Shown: piece after piece, positions 48,852-59,309 of the stretch
Layout: every line of letters begins with the position of its first letter
Numbering within the stretch: the first letter of the stretch is position 1
Origin: Phormidesmis sp.
Lineage (GTDB): Bacteria > Cyanobacteriota > Cyanobacteriia > Leptolyngbyales > Leptolyngbyaceae
Direction of reading: 5' to 3'
Length of the DNA stretch: 64,000 nucleotides
NCBI GenBank assembly: GCA_965248535.1
Contig: CBDFJR010000005.1
Location: forward strand, 544,001-608,000
The notes under the pieces: generated by a model
The model's input: the letters and a program-made list of their open reading frames with translations, nothing else
The model's database searches: none
What the model was told of the DNA's origin: nothing
Position numbers and translations under genes: made by a program

Positions 48852-51767
48852 ATGACGCTCACGCAAGTCTGGGGTTCATTGGTAATCTTTCTCGTCTGTC
48901 CAATTTTAGGAGGTCTGCCTCTGATTGATTGGATCACGTATGGAATTACCAGAAAACAGTTGAAAAAACTCGGCACCCGAAATGTAAGTGTCTCGGCTGC
49001 TTTTTATCATGGCGGGCGGCTAGTCGGAATTTTAGCCGTTTTGTCGGAGGCGCTGAAGGGAGTTGCGGCCGTTTTGCTGGCTCGTGCTTTCTTTCCTGAT
49101 CACCCTGAGTGGGAGATCATCGGACTGATTGCCTTGGTGTTTGGGCGCTATTGGGCTAGCAGCGGAGCAGGCACGACGAATGTGGTTTGGGGTTACACAG
49201 TGCATGATCCGATTTCTGCGCTGCTGATTTTTTTGATCGGAGGTATCGGGTTTACGATTTTTCGAGAGCGTCGCCAGGGTCGAGTTGGCATTCTAATCTT
49301 GTTTCCTTTAATCACGGCGCTTCGACATTCTCAAGACTCTGCGCTGATGGTGATGACGATCGTGTTGGCGGGTCTCTTGGGATGGATTTACAAGAAAATT
49401 CCCGACGATTTAGACATGAAGACTGAAGCGGCGCAACAAAATTCTCAGTCGATGTTCAAGTTTTTTCGAGGCGATCGCGCTCTGGTCTCTCTGGATCAAC
49501 CGTTGTTGCCCGATAAAGCAGGCGGAAAGGCGGCGATTCTGTCGGCTCTCAAGCGATCGGGCTATCTGGTGCCAGAGGGATGGGTTTTGTTTCCGGGTGA
49601 TGACCCTGCGCCTTTGATTGAGTTTCTGCAACCTTCTGAGGCAGAGCCTTGGGTGGTGCGATCGTCGGCGATCGGGGAGGATTCTGAGGCGGCTTCGGCG
49701 GCGGGACAATATCGGACTATTTTGGGTGTGACGCGCCGAGAAGATTTGCGGCCCGCGATCGCGCAATGCCTAGAGTCTTATGATCAGGCTTCAGCCGTTC
49801 ACTATCGTCGCGATCGCGGATTGTCTGATACATCAATGGTGGTGCTAGTTCAAAAGCAGATTCGGGGCGTGTTTTCTGGAGTGGCGTTTAGTCGCGATCC
49901 CGTCTCTCGACAAGGGAACGCGGTGGTGGTTGAAGCGCTGCCGGGCGATGCAGAATCGGTCGTATCGGGACGGGTGACTCCAGAGGCTTATGAGATTCAA
50001 GTCTCTGAGTCTCTGGCACGAGATGGGAATTGGGTTTTACCGGATGAGGTGATCCTAGAAGTTACAGGAACAGGCACTATTCCACTGCGATTAGTTCAGC
50101 AGGTTGCATTTCTGGCCCGCTGTCTTGAGACTCAGTTTCACGGCGTTCCTCAAGACGTGGAGTGGACTTATGATGGTCAATCGTTGTGGGTGTTGCAGTC
50201 TCGACCCATCACAACGCTGCTGCCGATTTGGACTCGTAAAATCGCGGCGGAGGTGATTCCTGGATTGATTCGTCCGCTTACTTGGTCGATCAATCGGCCG
50301 TTAACCTGTGGCGTTTGGGGAGAGATTTTTACGATCGTGCTGGGCGATCGCGCTCAAGGACTTGATTTTAATGACACGGCAACGCTGCACTACTCTCGCG
50401 CCTATTTTAATGCGTCACTGCTGGGGCAGCTTTTTCGACGCATGGGGTTGCCGCCTGAGAGCTTAGAATTTCTCACGCGAGGGGCAGCGTTTAGCAAGCC
50501 TCCGGTGCAGTCAACGCTTCGCAATCTACCGGGACTGCTGCGATTAATCGGTCACGAATGGCAGCTTGAGCAGAGGTTTGATCGAGACGATCGCCGCCAA
50601 TTTTCCCCGTTTCTCCATCAGGCTGCGCTGCATCCTGCGGCTGATCTGTCTGTCTCAAGTTTGGTAGAACGAGTGGATCTCATTTTAGAGTTGCTCAAAA
50701 CGGCCACTTTTTACAGCATTTTGGCTCCGTTGAGTGCGGCCCTGAGAAAGTCAATCCTGCGAGTTAAAGATGAACAGATTGATCAAGGAGACACACCAGA
50801 GGTAGCGGCACTGCGATCGCTGCAAGCATTAGCGATCGTAGGTCATAAATACTTAACGCACAATCAATGGATGAATTCTACAGATAAATCTTTAGCTGGC
50901 AGTTTAGACATTTTTGAACTGCTAAATAGAACGGCGAATGGACAGGAAATTCTCGATCAATTTAATCAAATCTTAAATCGATATGGCTATCTAAGCGAGG
51001 TCGGAACCGATATCGCCGTGCCTACCTGGAGAGAAAATTCACAGCCTGTTCGAGATTTATTTGCCCAGTTTTGCTTGAATCCGCCAGTTAGATCAGACTT
51101 CGTTAAGTCGCGTAAACCTGGATTTGTTCAGCGGCGGTTTAGCCTCAAAGGGCGAGTCACCGAGGTTTATAGTCAGCTATTGGCAGAGTTGCGATGGAGT
51201 TTTGTGGCGTTAGAACTGGATTGGCTGCGATCGGGCAAACTTTCTCAACCGGGTGATATTTTCTTCTTAGAGTTAAAAGAAATCCGGCAAGCCGCGCATC
51301 TTGATCACAAGACCCTTGATCAGATTCCGCAAGCGATCGCGCACCGTCGATCGCGCTTTCAGACCGATGATCAGCTTGAGTCAGTTCCGGCCATGGTCTA
51401 CGGAGACGATCCCCCAACTCCCAGGTTGCAAAATTGGCAAGCTTCGCAGCAGTTGCAGGGCATTGGAGCCAGCCCCGGACAGGTCGAAGGACGCATTAAA
51501 ATCCTGCGATCGCTGTCGGCAACCGTCACAGACCTCGATCGAGACACTATTCTCGTGGTGCCTTATACAGATTCTGGCTGGGCACCGCTTTTGGCCAGAG
51601 TGGGGGGTCTGATTGCAGAAGTTGGCGGTCGATTGTCGCACGGGGCGATCGTCGCTCGTGAATATCGCATTCCTGCCGTGATGGATGTTCACAACGCAAC
51701 CCATCTTTTGCGCGATGGGCAGTTTGTTCGCATTGATGGCCAAAGCGGAACGATCGAGATTTTGTAG
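48852..51767 (+). CDS. PlsY-like membrane domain fused to PEP/pyruvate-dikinase ATP-grasp and phospho-His swivel domains
   Basis: N-terminal TMs with LGTRNVS/EALKG; GGKA, VRSSA.GEDS..SAAGQY, QDVEW, LQSRPIT; GGRLSHGAIVARE. Confidence 0.88.
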   Translation: MTLTQVWGSLVIFLVCPILGGLPLIDWITYGITRKQLKKLGTRNVSVSAAFYHGGRLVGILAVLSEALKGVAAVLLARAFFPDHPEWEIIGLIALVFGRYWASSGAGTTNVVWGYTVHDPISALLIFLIGGIGFTIFRERRQGRVGILILFPLITALRHSQDSALMVMTIVLAGLLGWIYKKIPDDLDMKTEAAQQNSQSMFKFFRGDRALVSLDQPLLPDKAGGKAAILSALKRSGYLVPEGWVLFPGDDPAPLIEFLQPSEAEPWVVRSSAIGEDSEAASAAGQYRTILGVTRREDLRPAIAQCLESYDQASAVHYRRDRGLSDTSMVVLVQKQIRGVFSGVAFSRDPVSRQGNAVVVEALPGDAESVVSGRVTPEAYEIQVSESLARDGNWVLPDEVILEVTGTGTIPLRLVQQVAFLARCLETQFHGVPQDVEWTYDGQSLWVLQSRPITTLLPIWTRKIAAEVIPGLIRPLTWSINRPLTCGVWGEIFTIVLGDRAQGLDFNDTATLHYSRAYFNASLLGQLFRRMGLPPESLEFLTRGAAFSKPPVQSTLRNLPGLLRLIGHEWQLEQRFDRDDRRQFSPFLHQAALHPAADLSVSSLVERVDLILELLKTATFYSILAPLSAALRKSILRVKDEQIDQGDTPEVAALRSLQALAIVGHKYLTHNQWMNSTDKSLAGSLDIFELLNRTANGQEILDQFNQILNRYGYLSEVGTDIAVPTWRENSQPVRDLFAQFCLNPPVRSDFVKSRKPGFVQRRFSLKGRVTEVYSQLLAELRWSFVALELDWLRSGKLSQPGDIFFLELKEIRQAAHLDHKTLDQIPQAIAHRRSRFQTDDQLESVPAMVYGDDPPTPRLQNWQASQQLQGIGASPGQVEGRIKILRSLSATVTDLDRDTILVVPYTDSGWAPLLARVGGLIAEVGGRLSHGAIVAREYRIPAVMDVHNATHLLRDGQFVRIDGQSGTIEIL

Positions 51768-51848
51768 CCTACAGAACCTCCTTTAGAGGCTCATCAAATC
51801 GTCGTCGATAAGGTAGGCTGTTTTCTAGCGTTCTAACGAGTTTTTGGC

Positions 51849-52685
51849 ATGACTTCGACCCTATATCAGCAAATTCAGCAGTTTTATGATGCCTCTTCTG
51901 GTCTGTGGGAGCAGGTTTGGGGAGAACATATGCACCACGGCTATTATGGGGCAGACGGTCGAGACGCAAAAGAACGCAGACAGGCACAAATTGACTTGAT
52001 TGAAGAACTGCTGCGCTGGGCAACCGTCACCCAGGCGGAAACTATTCTAGATGTGGGCTGCGGCATTGGCGGCAGTTCGCTTTATTTAGCAGAAAAGTTT
52101 GGCGCTCAAGCCACTGGGATTACGCTGAGTCCTGTGCAGGCAAATCGAGCCACTGAGCGGGCCCAAGCCGCCGGAATCAAGGCCCACTTTCAAGTTGCAA
52201 ATGCTTTAGAAATGCCTTTTGCAGATAACTCGTTTGACCTAGTGTGGTCATTAGAGAGTGGCGAACATATGCCCGACAAGGTGAAGTTTTTGCAAGAGTG
52301 TCAGCGAGTGCTCAAGCCGGGCGGCACCTTTGTTTTTGCAACGTGGTGTCATCGAGCTATCGATCGCCAACCGCTCACTGCCGACGAGCAAAAGCACTTA
52401 GCAGATATTTATCGAGTCTATTGTTTGCCCTACGTGATTTCGCTGCCGGAGTATGAGCAGATTGCTCACGAGGTGGGGTTTAAAGACCTCCGATCGGCAG
52501 ATTGGTCAACCGCCGTTGCGCCTTTTTGGAACGTCGTGGTGGACTCAGCCTTTACGCCAGCCGCCTTTTTTGGCTTGTTGACATCTGGCTGGACGACCAT
52601 TCAGGCGGCGCTGTCGTTGGGATTGATGAGTCGAGGCTACGATCGGGGGTTAATTAAATTCGGCTTAATTTGTGCCACAAAATAA
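51849..52685 (+). CDS. vte4: Gamma-tocopherol methyltransferase
   Basis: FYDASSGLWE.VWGEHMHHGYY, LDVGCGIGG, WSLESGEHMPDK, ATWCHR. Confidence 0.88.
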   Translation: MTSTLYQQIQQFYDASSGLWEQVWGEHMHHGYYGADGRDAKERRQAQIDLIEELLRWATVTQAETILDVGCGIGGSSLYLAEKFGAQATGITLSPVQANRATERAQAAGIKAHFQVANALEMPFADNSFDLVWSLESGEHMPDKVKFLQECQRVLKPGGTFVFATWCHRAIDRQPLTADEQKHLADIYRVYCLPYVISLPEYEQIAHEVGFKDLRSADWSTAVAPFWNVVVDSAFTPAAFFGLLTSGWTTIQAALSLGLMSRGYDRGLIKFGLICATK

Positions 52686-52780
52686 CCTCAACGCTACAGC
52701 TTTAGAAAGGCAGACTCTGACGAAGGGCTGATAATTTAGCGATCGCTAGCCATAAATCTATCTATAAATCTAGGCATGAT

Positions 52781-53719
52781 ATGAGCCAAACTTCTCCAAA
52801 ATCGTCCGTTGCTTCTCCGTCAAATCCCGTTCAAAAATACGCTCCCTGGCTGTATGCCTTCTGGAAATTTTCTCGCCCTCACACCATCATCGGCACCTCT
52901 TGCAGCGTTTTGGGAATGTATGCGATCGCGGCCGCTAGTTTGCCTTTTGTTTTTGAGCCTTTTGTCTGGATTTTGCCTCTGCTGGCGTGTCTCTGTGGCA
53001 ATGTCTATATCGTCGGACTCAACCAGCTAGAAGATGTGGCGATCGATCGCATTAACAAACCCCATTTACCGTTAGCCTCTGGAGAGTTTTCTCGCAGCCA
53101 AGGGGTGACGATCGTCACCATCATGGGCATTTTGGCGCTTCTTCTCGCCGCTCTGCAAGGGCCCTATTTATTAGGAATGGTGGGATTGAGTTTAGCGATC
53201 GGCACTGCCTATTCGCTGCCGCCGATCCGTCTTAAGCGATTTCCCTTTTGGGCCTCGCTGTGCATTTTTAGCGTTCGCGGCGCGATCGTCAATCTTGGTT
53301 TATTTTTACACTTTAATCATGGGTTTCCGATTCCATCTAAAGTGTGGGCACTGACGCTGTTTGTGTTGGTATTTACGTTTGCGATCGCCATCTTTAAAGA
53401 CGTGCCTGATATGGAGGGCGATCGTCAATATAACATCAGCACGTTTACCTTGAGAGTCGGTCAGAGAGCCGTGTTTAACCTCTCTCGCTGGGTCTTGACT
53501 GTCTGCTATTTGGGCATGGTGATGGCTGCATTTTGGCTGCCGTCGGTGAACGCTCCGTTTCTAATCGTCAGTCATCTTGTGCTCGTGAGCGCTTTGTGGA
53601 TGCGGAGTCAAAACGTGGATCTGCACGAGCCGCGAGAGGTCGCGAACTTCTATCAATTCATCTGGAAAATGTTCTTTCTAGAATATTTGATTTTCTCGAT
53701 CGCCTGTCTTTGGCGCTGA
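52781..53719 (+). CDS. vte2: Homogentisate phytyltransferase (UbiA family)
   Basis: FSRPHT, NQLED..IDRINKP.LPLASG, KD.PD.EGD, FYQFIW. Confidence 0.92.
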   Translation: MSQTSPKSSVASPSNPVQKYAPWLYAFWKFSRPHTIIGTSCSVLGMYAIAAASLPFVFEPFVWILPLLACLCGNVYIVGLNQLEDVAIDRINKPHLPLASGEFSRSQGVTIVTIMGILALLLAALQGPYLLGMVGLSLAIGTAYSLPPIRLKRFPFWASLCIFSVRGAIVNLGLFLHFNHGFPIPSKVWALTLFVLVFTFAIAIFKDVPDMEGDRQYNISTFTLRVGQRAVFNLSRWVLTVCYLGMVMAAFWLPSVNAPFLIVSHLVLVSALWMRSQNVDLHEPREVANFYQFIWKMFFLEYLIFSIACLWR

Positions 53720-53744
53720 GTCCAACTTAGAGAAAAATTCAATA

Positions 53745-53792
53745 CCAGTATTAACGTCAGTATTAACGCTAACATTAACACCAGTATTAACG
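53745..53792. repeat. 4 x 12-bp tandem repeat
   Basis: CCAGTATTAACG/TCAGTATTAACG/CTAACATTAACA/CCAGTATTAACG. Confidence 0.85.
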
Positions 53793-53823
53793 ATAGTAGA
53801 GTGATCTTTGATCTCACAGCGTT

Positions 53824-54576
53824 ATGGTCACTTCAGTAGGCAAAGTTTATCTCGTCGGTTCTGGGCCGGGAACCGTTGACTATCTGACGGTCAAAGGCCA
53901 TCGGTTGTTAACTCAGGCAGACGTGCTCGTTTATGATGCCTTGGTTGATCTAGAGTTATTAACCCTCGTCCCCGATCGCTGCCTAAAGTTCAACGTAGGC
54001 AAACGAGGTGGACAGCCCAGCATGAAGCAAGACCAAATCGATCGCCTGCTGGTTGACCAATGTCAACAGGGTAACCAAGTCGTTCGGCTTAAAAGCGGTG
54101 ACCCGTTTATTTTTGGGCGATCGTCGTCTGAGATTCAAGCTCTCAAGTCCGCAGGGTGCTTATTTGAAGTGGTTCCGGGCATCTCGTCGGCGCTGGCGGC
54201 CCCTTTGCTGGCGGGCATTCCCCTGACTGATCTAGTGCTGAGTCGCTGTTTCACAGTTCTCAGCGCTCACGAACCCGATCGCTTAGACTGGCAGACTTTA
54301 GCCCAAATCGACACGCTGGTGATTCTCATGGGAGGGCGGCATCTAGACGTGATCCTTCAGCACTTGCAAAAACAAGGGCGATCGTCACAAACTCCGATCG
54401 CTGTGATTCGGTGGGCAGGGCAGCCTCAGCAGCAGATTTGGGTCAGCACACTGGCACAGATTCTGTCACAGACGGCAAACCATTCACTGTCGCCCTGTGT
54501 GATCGTGGTTGGCGAGGTTGTAGGGTTACGGTCGTTTTTGTTGCCTACTTTGGCTGACCCAACGCCCGATCGCTAG
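53824..54576 (+). CDS. cobA: Uroporphyrinogen-III C-methyltransferase
   Basis: VYLVGSGPG, YDAL, VGKRGG, RLKSGDPFIFGR, VVPGISS. Confidence 0.93.
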   Translation: MVTSVGKVYLVGSGPGTVDYLTVKGHRLLTQADVLVYDALVDLELLTLVPDRCLKFNVGKRGGQPSMKQDQIDRLLVDQCQQGNQVVRLKSGDPFIFGRSSSEIQALKSAGCLFEVVPGISSALAAPLLAGIPLTDLVLSRCFTVLSAHEPDRLDWQTLAQIDTLVILMGGRHLDVILQHLQKQGRSSQTPIAVIRWAGQPQQQIWVSTLAQILSQTANHSLSPCVIVVGEVVGLRSFLLPTLADPTPDR

Positions 54577-54657
54577 CGTCGCTGACCTCCCACAATTATT
54601 TCAACAGAGAGAGGTGACCCGTTCCGATCTATCCTGGTTCTTTATCTGTCAATTGCT

Positions 54658-55443
54658 GTGCCTACTCTTTCTCTCAAAACGATTCTGGTTACCCGATCGG
54701 CTGGGCAGTCTAGCCAGTTTACTAAACTGCTGCAACAGCAAGGTGCAGACGTGGTTGAAATGCCGACTCTAGAGATCACGCCGCCCTCTAATTGGCAGGA
54801 TTTAGACGACGCGATCGCCCGACTCAACGAGTTTGATTGGCTGATTCTCACCTCTGGCAATGCGGTCGAATATTTCTTTGAGCGGTTGGCTTCGCGGTTG
54901 CAAGATGTCAGAGGGCTAGCGGAGATTAAGATTGCGGTGGTCGGTGAAAAAACAGCATTTATTCTCAAGCAGCGCGGGTTACAAGCCGATTTTATCCCTC
55001 CAGCGTTTGTGGCTGACTCAATGGTGGTGAATTTTCCAGAACCAGTGAGGGGCAAGAAACTGCTGTTTCCGAGAGTAGAGACGGGTGGGCGAGAGGTGTT
55101 GATCAAAGAGTTTAGTGACCAAGGCGCAGAAGTCACCGAAGTAGCAGCCTATCAGTCGGGGTGTCCGGTGACGATCGACCCCGCAGCCTTAGCCGCTCTG
55201 CAAAGCCGTCAGGTCGATGTGATCACGTTTGCCAGTTCTAAAACGGTGAAATATTTTTGTCAACTCGTCGAAATGTCGCTAGGAGAGGGGTGGCAGACCT
55301 ATCTAGAAACGGTTGGCATCGCCTCGATCGGGCCTCAAACCTCAAAAACCTGCCAGGCGCTACTCGGACGGGTGGATGTAGAAGCTGAAGAATATACCCT
55401 AGAAGGACTCACTCAAGCGGTGGTGAAGTTTTTTCAATCCTGA
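54658..55443 (+). CDS. hemD: Uroporphyrinogen-III synthase
   Basis: ILVTR, LTSGNAV, VGEKTA, FASSKTV, SIGPQT. Confidence 0.92.
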   Translation: MPTLSLKTILVTRSAGQSSQFTKLLQQQGADVVEMPTLEITPPSNWQDLDDAIARLNEFDWLILTSGNAVEYFFERLASRLQDVRGLAEIKIAVVGEKTAFILKQRGLQADFIPPAFVADSMVVNFPEPVRGKKLLFPRVETGGREVLIKEFSDQGAEVTEVAAYQSGCPVTIDPAALAALQSRQVDVITFASSKTVKYFCQLVEMSLGEGWQTYLETVGIASIGPQTSKTCQALLGRVDVEAEEYTLEGLTQAVVKFFQS

Positions 55444-55591
55444 GTGTTTGACCACGATTCCATAGATTTTCCTGAGATCTCACCCTAGATAGACCTCTAT
55501 CGACTCCTAATGACAGAGAACGCGATCGCGATTGTTTCTTAGAGTAGTGGAGTTATAAAACTACATTTTCTAGTTTGTTGGAGCGTCTTTT

Positions 55592-56476
55592 ATGAACTCA
55601 TTCAGTCACGATCGTTTAGTCAAACGCATAGTTGCTCTTTTAGGAGCGACTGGGCTAGCTGCTTTTTCGGGGCTACCTGCTTTTGCTCAAGTTAACACCA
55701 ACAACAGTGTTAATGATGGGGTGCTCAATCCCAACCCTAGCATTTTGAATGAATATCCTTACAATCGCGGCATGTCTCCTGATGCGACTCAGCAGACTGG
55801 GCGATCAGTGGATTGTTCGGCCTATATCAACGGTGGCATTGGCGGCCCGATCGATAACGGCTCTAGCGATCAGGTTTCAGTGTCGGCAACATCAAACAAT
55901 GCAGACTCAAGTCAATCGAGTTATGACACTGCAACGATTCCTCAAAACCGTTCAGAAGCGATGAATCAGCCGAGTCCTTCTGCTAGCAGCTACGATTCAA
56001 ATCGCATGAGTCGAGACGGGCAGTTTTCGGCTCACAATCCCAACGCGGCGATTCCGTTTCGCACGAATGGCCCGGCAGGCACGGCTGGCGGTGAGTCAAA
56101 CTTAAACTCTGCACCAGACCCTCAAAATCGTCCGGTGGCCATGAATTCCTCTGATAGCAGCTACGGCGCGATGAACTCGATGACTAGCTCTAGCAACTAT
56201 GACTCAAACGGCATGAGTCGAGATGGGCAGTTTTCGGCTCACAATCCCAACGCGGCGATTCCGTTTCGCATGAATGGCCCGGCAGGCACGGCTGGCGGCG
56301 AGTCGAATCTAAACCTGCATGTGTCCAATGCCGATAACGGATTGTCAAAAATGCAGAGTGCGATGCCTTCAGAAATGACTAACCGGGCTTATTCTGCGCC
56401 CGATCGCTCTAGCTCTAATCAGAGTGCAAACCCAATTCCAGTCGAGTGTCTACCTGGCGGCGTTAATAACCGCTAA
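55592..56476 (+). CDS. Secreted S/N-rich protein with an internal 41-aa duplication
   Basis: Signal peptide ending AFA-Q; YDSN.MSRDGQFSAHNPNAAIPFR.NGPAGTAGGESNLN present twice. Confidence 0.8.
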   Translation: MNSFSHDRLVKRIVALLGATGLAAFSGLPAFAQVNTNNSVNDGVLNPNPSILNEYPYNRGMSPDATQQTGRSVDCSAYINGGIGGPIDNGSSDQVSVSATSNNADSSQSSYDTATIPQNRSEAMNQPSPSASSYDSNRMSRDGQFSAHNPNAAIPFRTNGPAGTAGGESNLNSAPDPQNRPVAMNSSDSSYGAMNSMTSSSNYDSNGMSRDGQFSAHNPNAAIPFRMNGPAGTAGGESNLNLHVSNADNGLSKMQSAMPSEMTNRAYSAPDRSSSNQSANPIPVECLPGGVNNR

Positions 56477-56520
56477 GACCGAGTAGACCCACGACAGACT
56501 GATAGATTGAGTCAGTGAAC

Positions 56521-56557
56521 TAGCGGATGAGCGATCGCACAGGTCGCTCATCCGCTA
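56521..56557. terminator. Hairpin between convergent genes
   Basis: TAGCGGATGAGCGATC-gcaca-GGTCGCTCATCCGCTA; no long U tract. Confidence 0.65.
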
Positions 56558-56631
56558 TGGTTTGGACATCTACCCTGCGCCCGATCGGTATTGCTAATCG
56601 AAGGATCTCATTCCCAAATCTCGACCCCTAG

Positions 56632-57819
56632 CTACCACTCAACCTGCGATCGCTCGTGCAGCACTCGCCCATAAACCGCCTCAGTCTGCTGGGCCAGCTT
56701 TGCCCAGTTAAACCGCACCTCCAGATCTTTGTAGGCATTTTCAACCAACCACTGACCATAGTCAGGATTCTTCAGCACCTCAATAATCCCCCAGGCCAGA
56801 GAATCTGGCTGGTTTGTCCAGGTAACGATCCCCGTTTTGCCATGACGAACGACCTCAGGCAACCCGCCCGTATCTGAAACCACCACAGGCACCCGTGCCG
56901 CAAAACTTTCTAACGCCACAATGCCAAATGGCTCATAGAGACTTGGAAAAACAGCACAGTTGGCGATCGTCTGAAACTTATCGAGATCGTCATCGGGCAT
57001 AAACCCTGTGAAATAGCACTTTTGCCAAATGCCTAAATTCCAGGCTTGCCCCTTGAGATAATCGCTGTTGCCCCCCCCAATAAAGATAAACTTTACTTGA
57101 GTCCCCATCGCTTGCAGGACTTTTGGCGCAGCACTGAGCAGCACAGCGATCCCCTTTTCGTAGGTCATGCGCCCCACGTAGTAGACAATTTTCTCATCAT
57201 CTCCGGCAAACCGTCGTCTAAAGGCTTGCAGGTCAACGCCAGGGCGACGCTGCTTTTTCTCAGCGCGAATGCCGTTATAAACCACGTCGATTTTGTTCCA
57301 AGGCGTGTGCAGCGATCGCTCTACTTCTCGCCGCATAAAGTCTGTGCACACAATCACACGCCACGCTTCATAGGCTAATCGCCGCTCTTTCTCATTCACA
57401 TAGCGCTGGGCCTCAGTGTGAACTCCATTATTTCGACCCCCCTCAGTCGCGTGGATGGTGGCCACTAGCGGAATTTTGAACAGATGCTTGAGGGCGATCG
57501 CGGCATCGTCCACTAACCAATCATGGGCATGAATGATCTCAAACGAGCCTTCCTCACCAATCAGCTTGCCCCCATGCCGCCCCATGCTGTCGTTCATGTT
57601 GGCGATCCAGTGCAAAAAGTTTTGGCTCTCGTCTACCCTGACCCGATGCACTTCTACGCCATCAACCACTTCATAGTGAGGAGCCTGACCAAACTGCACG
57701 GTGATCAGGTGAACTTTATGCCCTCGCTTGACCAGTTCTGGGTATAGCTCCGCTACATGACGAGCGATGCCGCCCACAATGCGCGGTGGAAACTCCCAGG
57801 TCAATACCAAAATCTTCAT
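56632..57819 (-). CDS. GT4 glycosyltransferase
   Basis: WEFPP..VGG, HAHDW, YVGR...EKG, PSLYEPFGIVALE. Confidence 0.93.
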   Translation of the reverse strand: MKILVLTWEFPPRIVGGIARHVAELYPELVKRGHKVHLITVQFGQAPHYEVVDGVEVHRVRVDESQNFLHWIANMNDSMGRHGGKLIGEEGSFEIIHAHDWLVDDAAIALKHLFKIPLVATIHATEGGRNNGVHTEAQRYVNEKERRLAYEAWRVIVCTDFMRREVERSLHTPWNKIDVVYNGIRAEKKQRRPGVDLQAFRRRFAGDDEKIVYYVGRMTYEKGIAVLLSAAPKVLQAMGTQVKFIFIGGGNSDYLKGQAWNLGIWQKCYFTGFMPDDDLDKFQTIANCAVFPSLYEPFGIVALESFAARVPVVVSDTGGLPEVVRHGKTGIVTWTNQPDSLAWGIIEVLKNPDYGQWLVENAYKDLEVRFNWAKLAQQTEAVYGRVLHERSQVEW

Positions 57820-58109
57820 CGGCCCCAGTCTCGACAATTCTTGTTTTCACTCTACAGAAACTTGGCAAACATGCTCACAGACCTTGCCCAGAACGCGATA
57901 ATCTATAGATATCCCAGGTAAATGGCTTGATCTGTTCTGCTTTAGATATCCAATCCTAGCTTTATCTCTAGCATTCCCGCCTAGAGTCGTCAGTATAGCG
58001 TTGTCGTCTCCCAGATAGAACTGCGATCGGGCGATGGCTCGGCTCAGTCAAGCCCAATAACCTGCCCTGATAGTCAACTAGCCCTGTCTGTTCTAGTAAT
58101 TTACTGACG

Positions 58110-59309
58110 ATGCAGGCACCTCCCCAACCGTTAACCAATGCTGAAGTGCCCCTACAGATCTTGCTATTTGTCGATCAGCGACCCAATGCAAAGGAGCAGA
58201 TTCAGCAGATTCGTCGCTTTTTGACCGATCTGAGAGCCGACTATCCGTTTGAGCTTCAGGTGATCGATGTCGGCGAGCAGCCTTATTTAGCCGAGCATTT
58301 TCGCCTAGTGGCTACGCCTGCCCTAATCAAGATCCATCCTGACCCGCGGCAGACCTTGACTGGAACGAATTTAGTCGCTCAACTCAAAGATTGCTGGTCA
58401 CGCTGGCAGTTCTCGGTTGAAGAGTTTCTAGAAAACCGGGCTGAGTTAGAAGGCTCTGTGCTCGAAGAGACTAAATCTTCTAACTCAGACTTACCTCCTA
58501 AAATTTCTTCGATCGCCCACTCTTCTGAATTATTGCAGCTAACCGATCAAATCTTTAATCTTAAAAAAGAAAAAGAAGATCTTCAGGCGCAGCTTCAGTT
58601 TAAAGATCAGATTATTTCAATGCTGGCTCACGATTTGCGAAACCCGCTAACGGCCGCGTCGATCGCCATTGAGACGCTAGAAATTGGTCATAAGGCGGCT
58701 GGGGGGCAAGGCTATCGCCTCACGCCGACCCTGACTGCCCAATTGCTCAAGCATGGGCGATCGCAGATTCGCACCATTGATCGCATGATCACTGACATTC
58801 TGCAAGCCGCTAGGGGCAGCAGCGCTGAACTGCAAATCTTGCCCCATAAGCTAGAACTCGGTGCCCTTTGCCAAACGGTTTTAGAGAATTTAGAAGAGCG
58901 TTTCCGCGCCAAGTCTCAGAAAGTCGATACCGATATTCCGAGTGATCTGCCAGTTGTCTACGCTGACGAAGAGCGAGTGCGTCAGGTTTTAATGAATATT
59001 CTCGACAATGCGGCGAAATATACCCCGATCGCGGGCACCATTCACGTCTCAATGCTGCACCGCACGGCTCAAAAGGTGCAGATTAGCATCTGTGACGATG
59101 GGCCGGGTGTGCCCGAAGAAAATCGAGAACGAATTTTTGAAGACCATTTCCGCCTTCAGCGCGACAAAGCCCAAGACGGCTACGGAATTGGTCTATCACT
59201 CTGTCAGCGCATCATCCGGGCACACTATGGGCAGATTTGGGTCGATTCTATCCCCAATCAGGGCAGTTGCTTTCACTTTACGCTGCCCGTCTATCGATTT
59301 CATGGATAG
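58110..59309 (+). CDS. sasA: Circadian output histidine kinase SasA
   Basis: N-terminal KaiB-like domain ([18 protein letters not shown]); [14 protein letters not shown]. Confidence 0.92.
   Translation: MQAPPQPLTNAEVPLQILLFVDQRPNAKEQIQQIRRFLTDLRADYPFELQVIDVGEQPYLAEHFRLVATPALIKIHPDPRQTLTGTNLVAQLKDCWSRWQFSVEEFLENRAELEGSVLEETKSSNSDLPPKISSIAHSSELLQLTDQIFNLKKEKEDLQAQLQFKDQIISMLAHDLRNPLTAASIAIETLEIGHKAAGGQGYRLTPTLTAQLLKHGRSQIRTIDRMITDILQAARGSSAELQILPHKLELGALCQTVLENLEERFRAKSQKVDTDIPSDLPVVYADEERVRQVLMNILDNAAKYTPIAGTIHVSMLHRTAQKVQISICDDGPGVPEENRERIFEDHFRLQRDKAQDGYGIGLSLCQRIIRAHYGQIWVDSIPNQGSCFHFTLPVYRFHG

Noticed and set aside
54642..55136. 164-aa antisense ORF, and similar antisense ORFs throughout the track
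   Set aside because: Shadows of well-supported genes on the opposite strand, with no recognisable motifs
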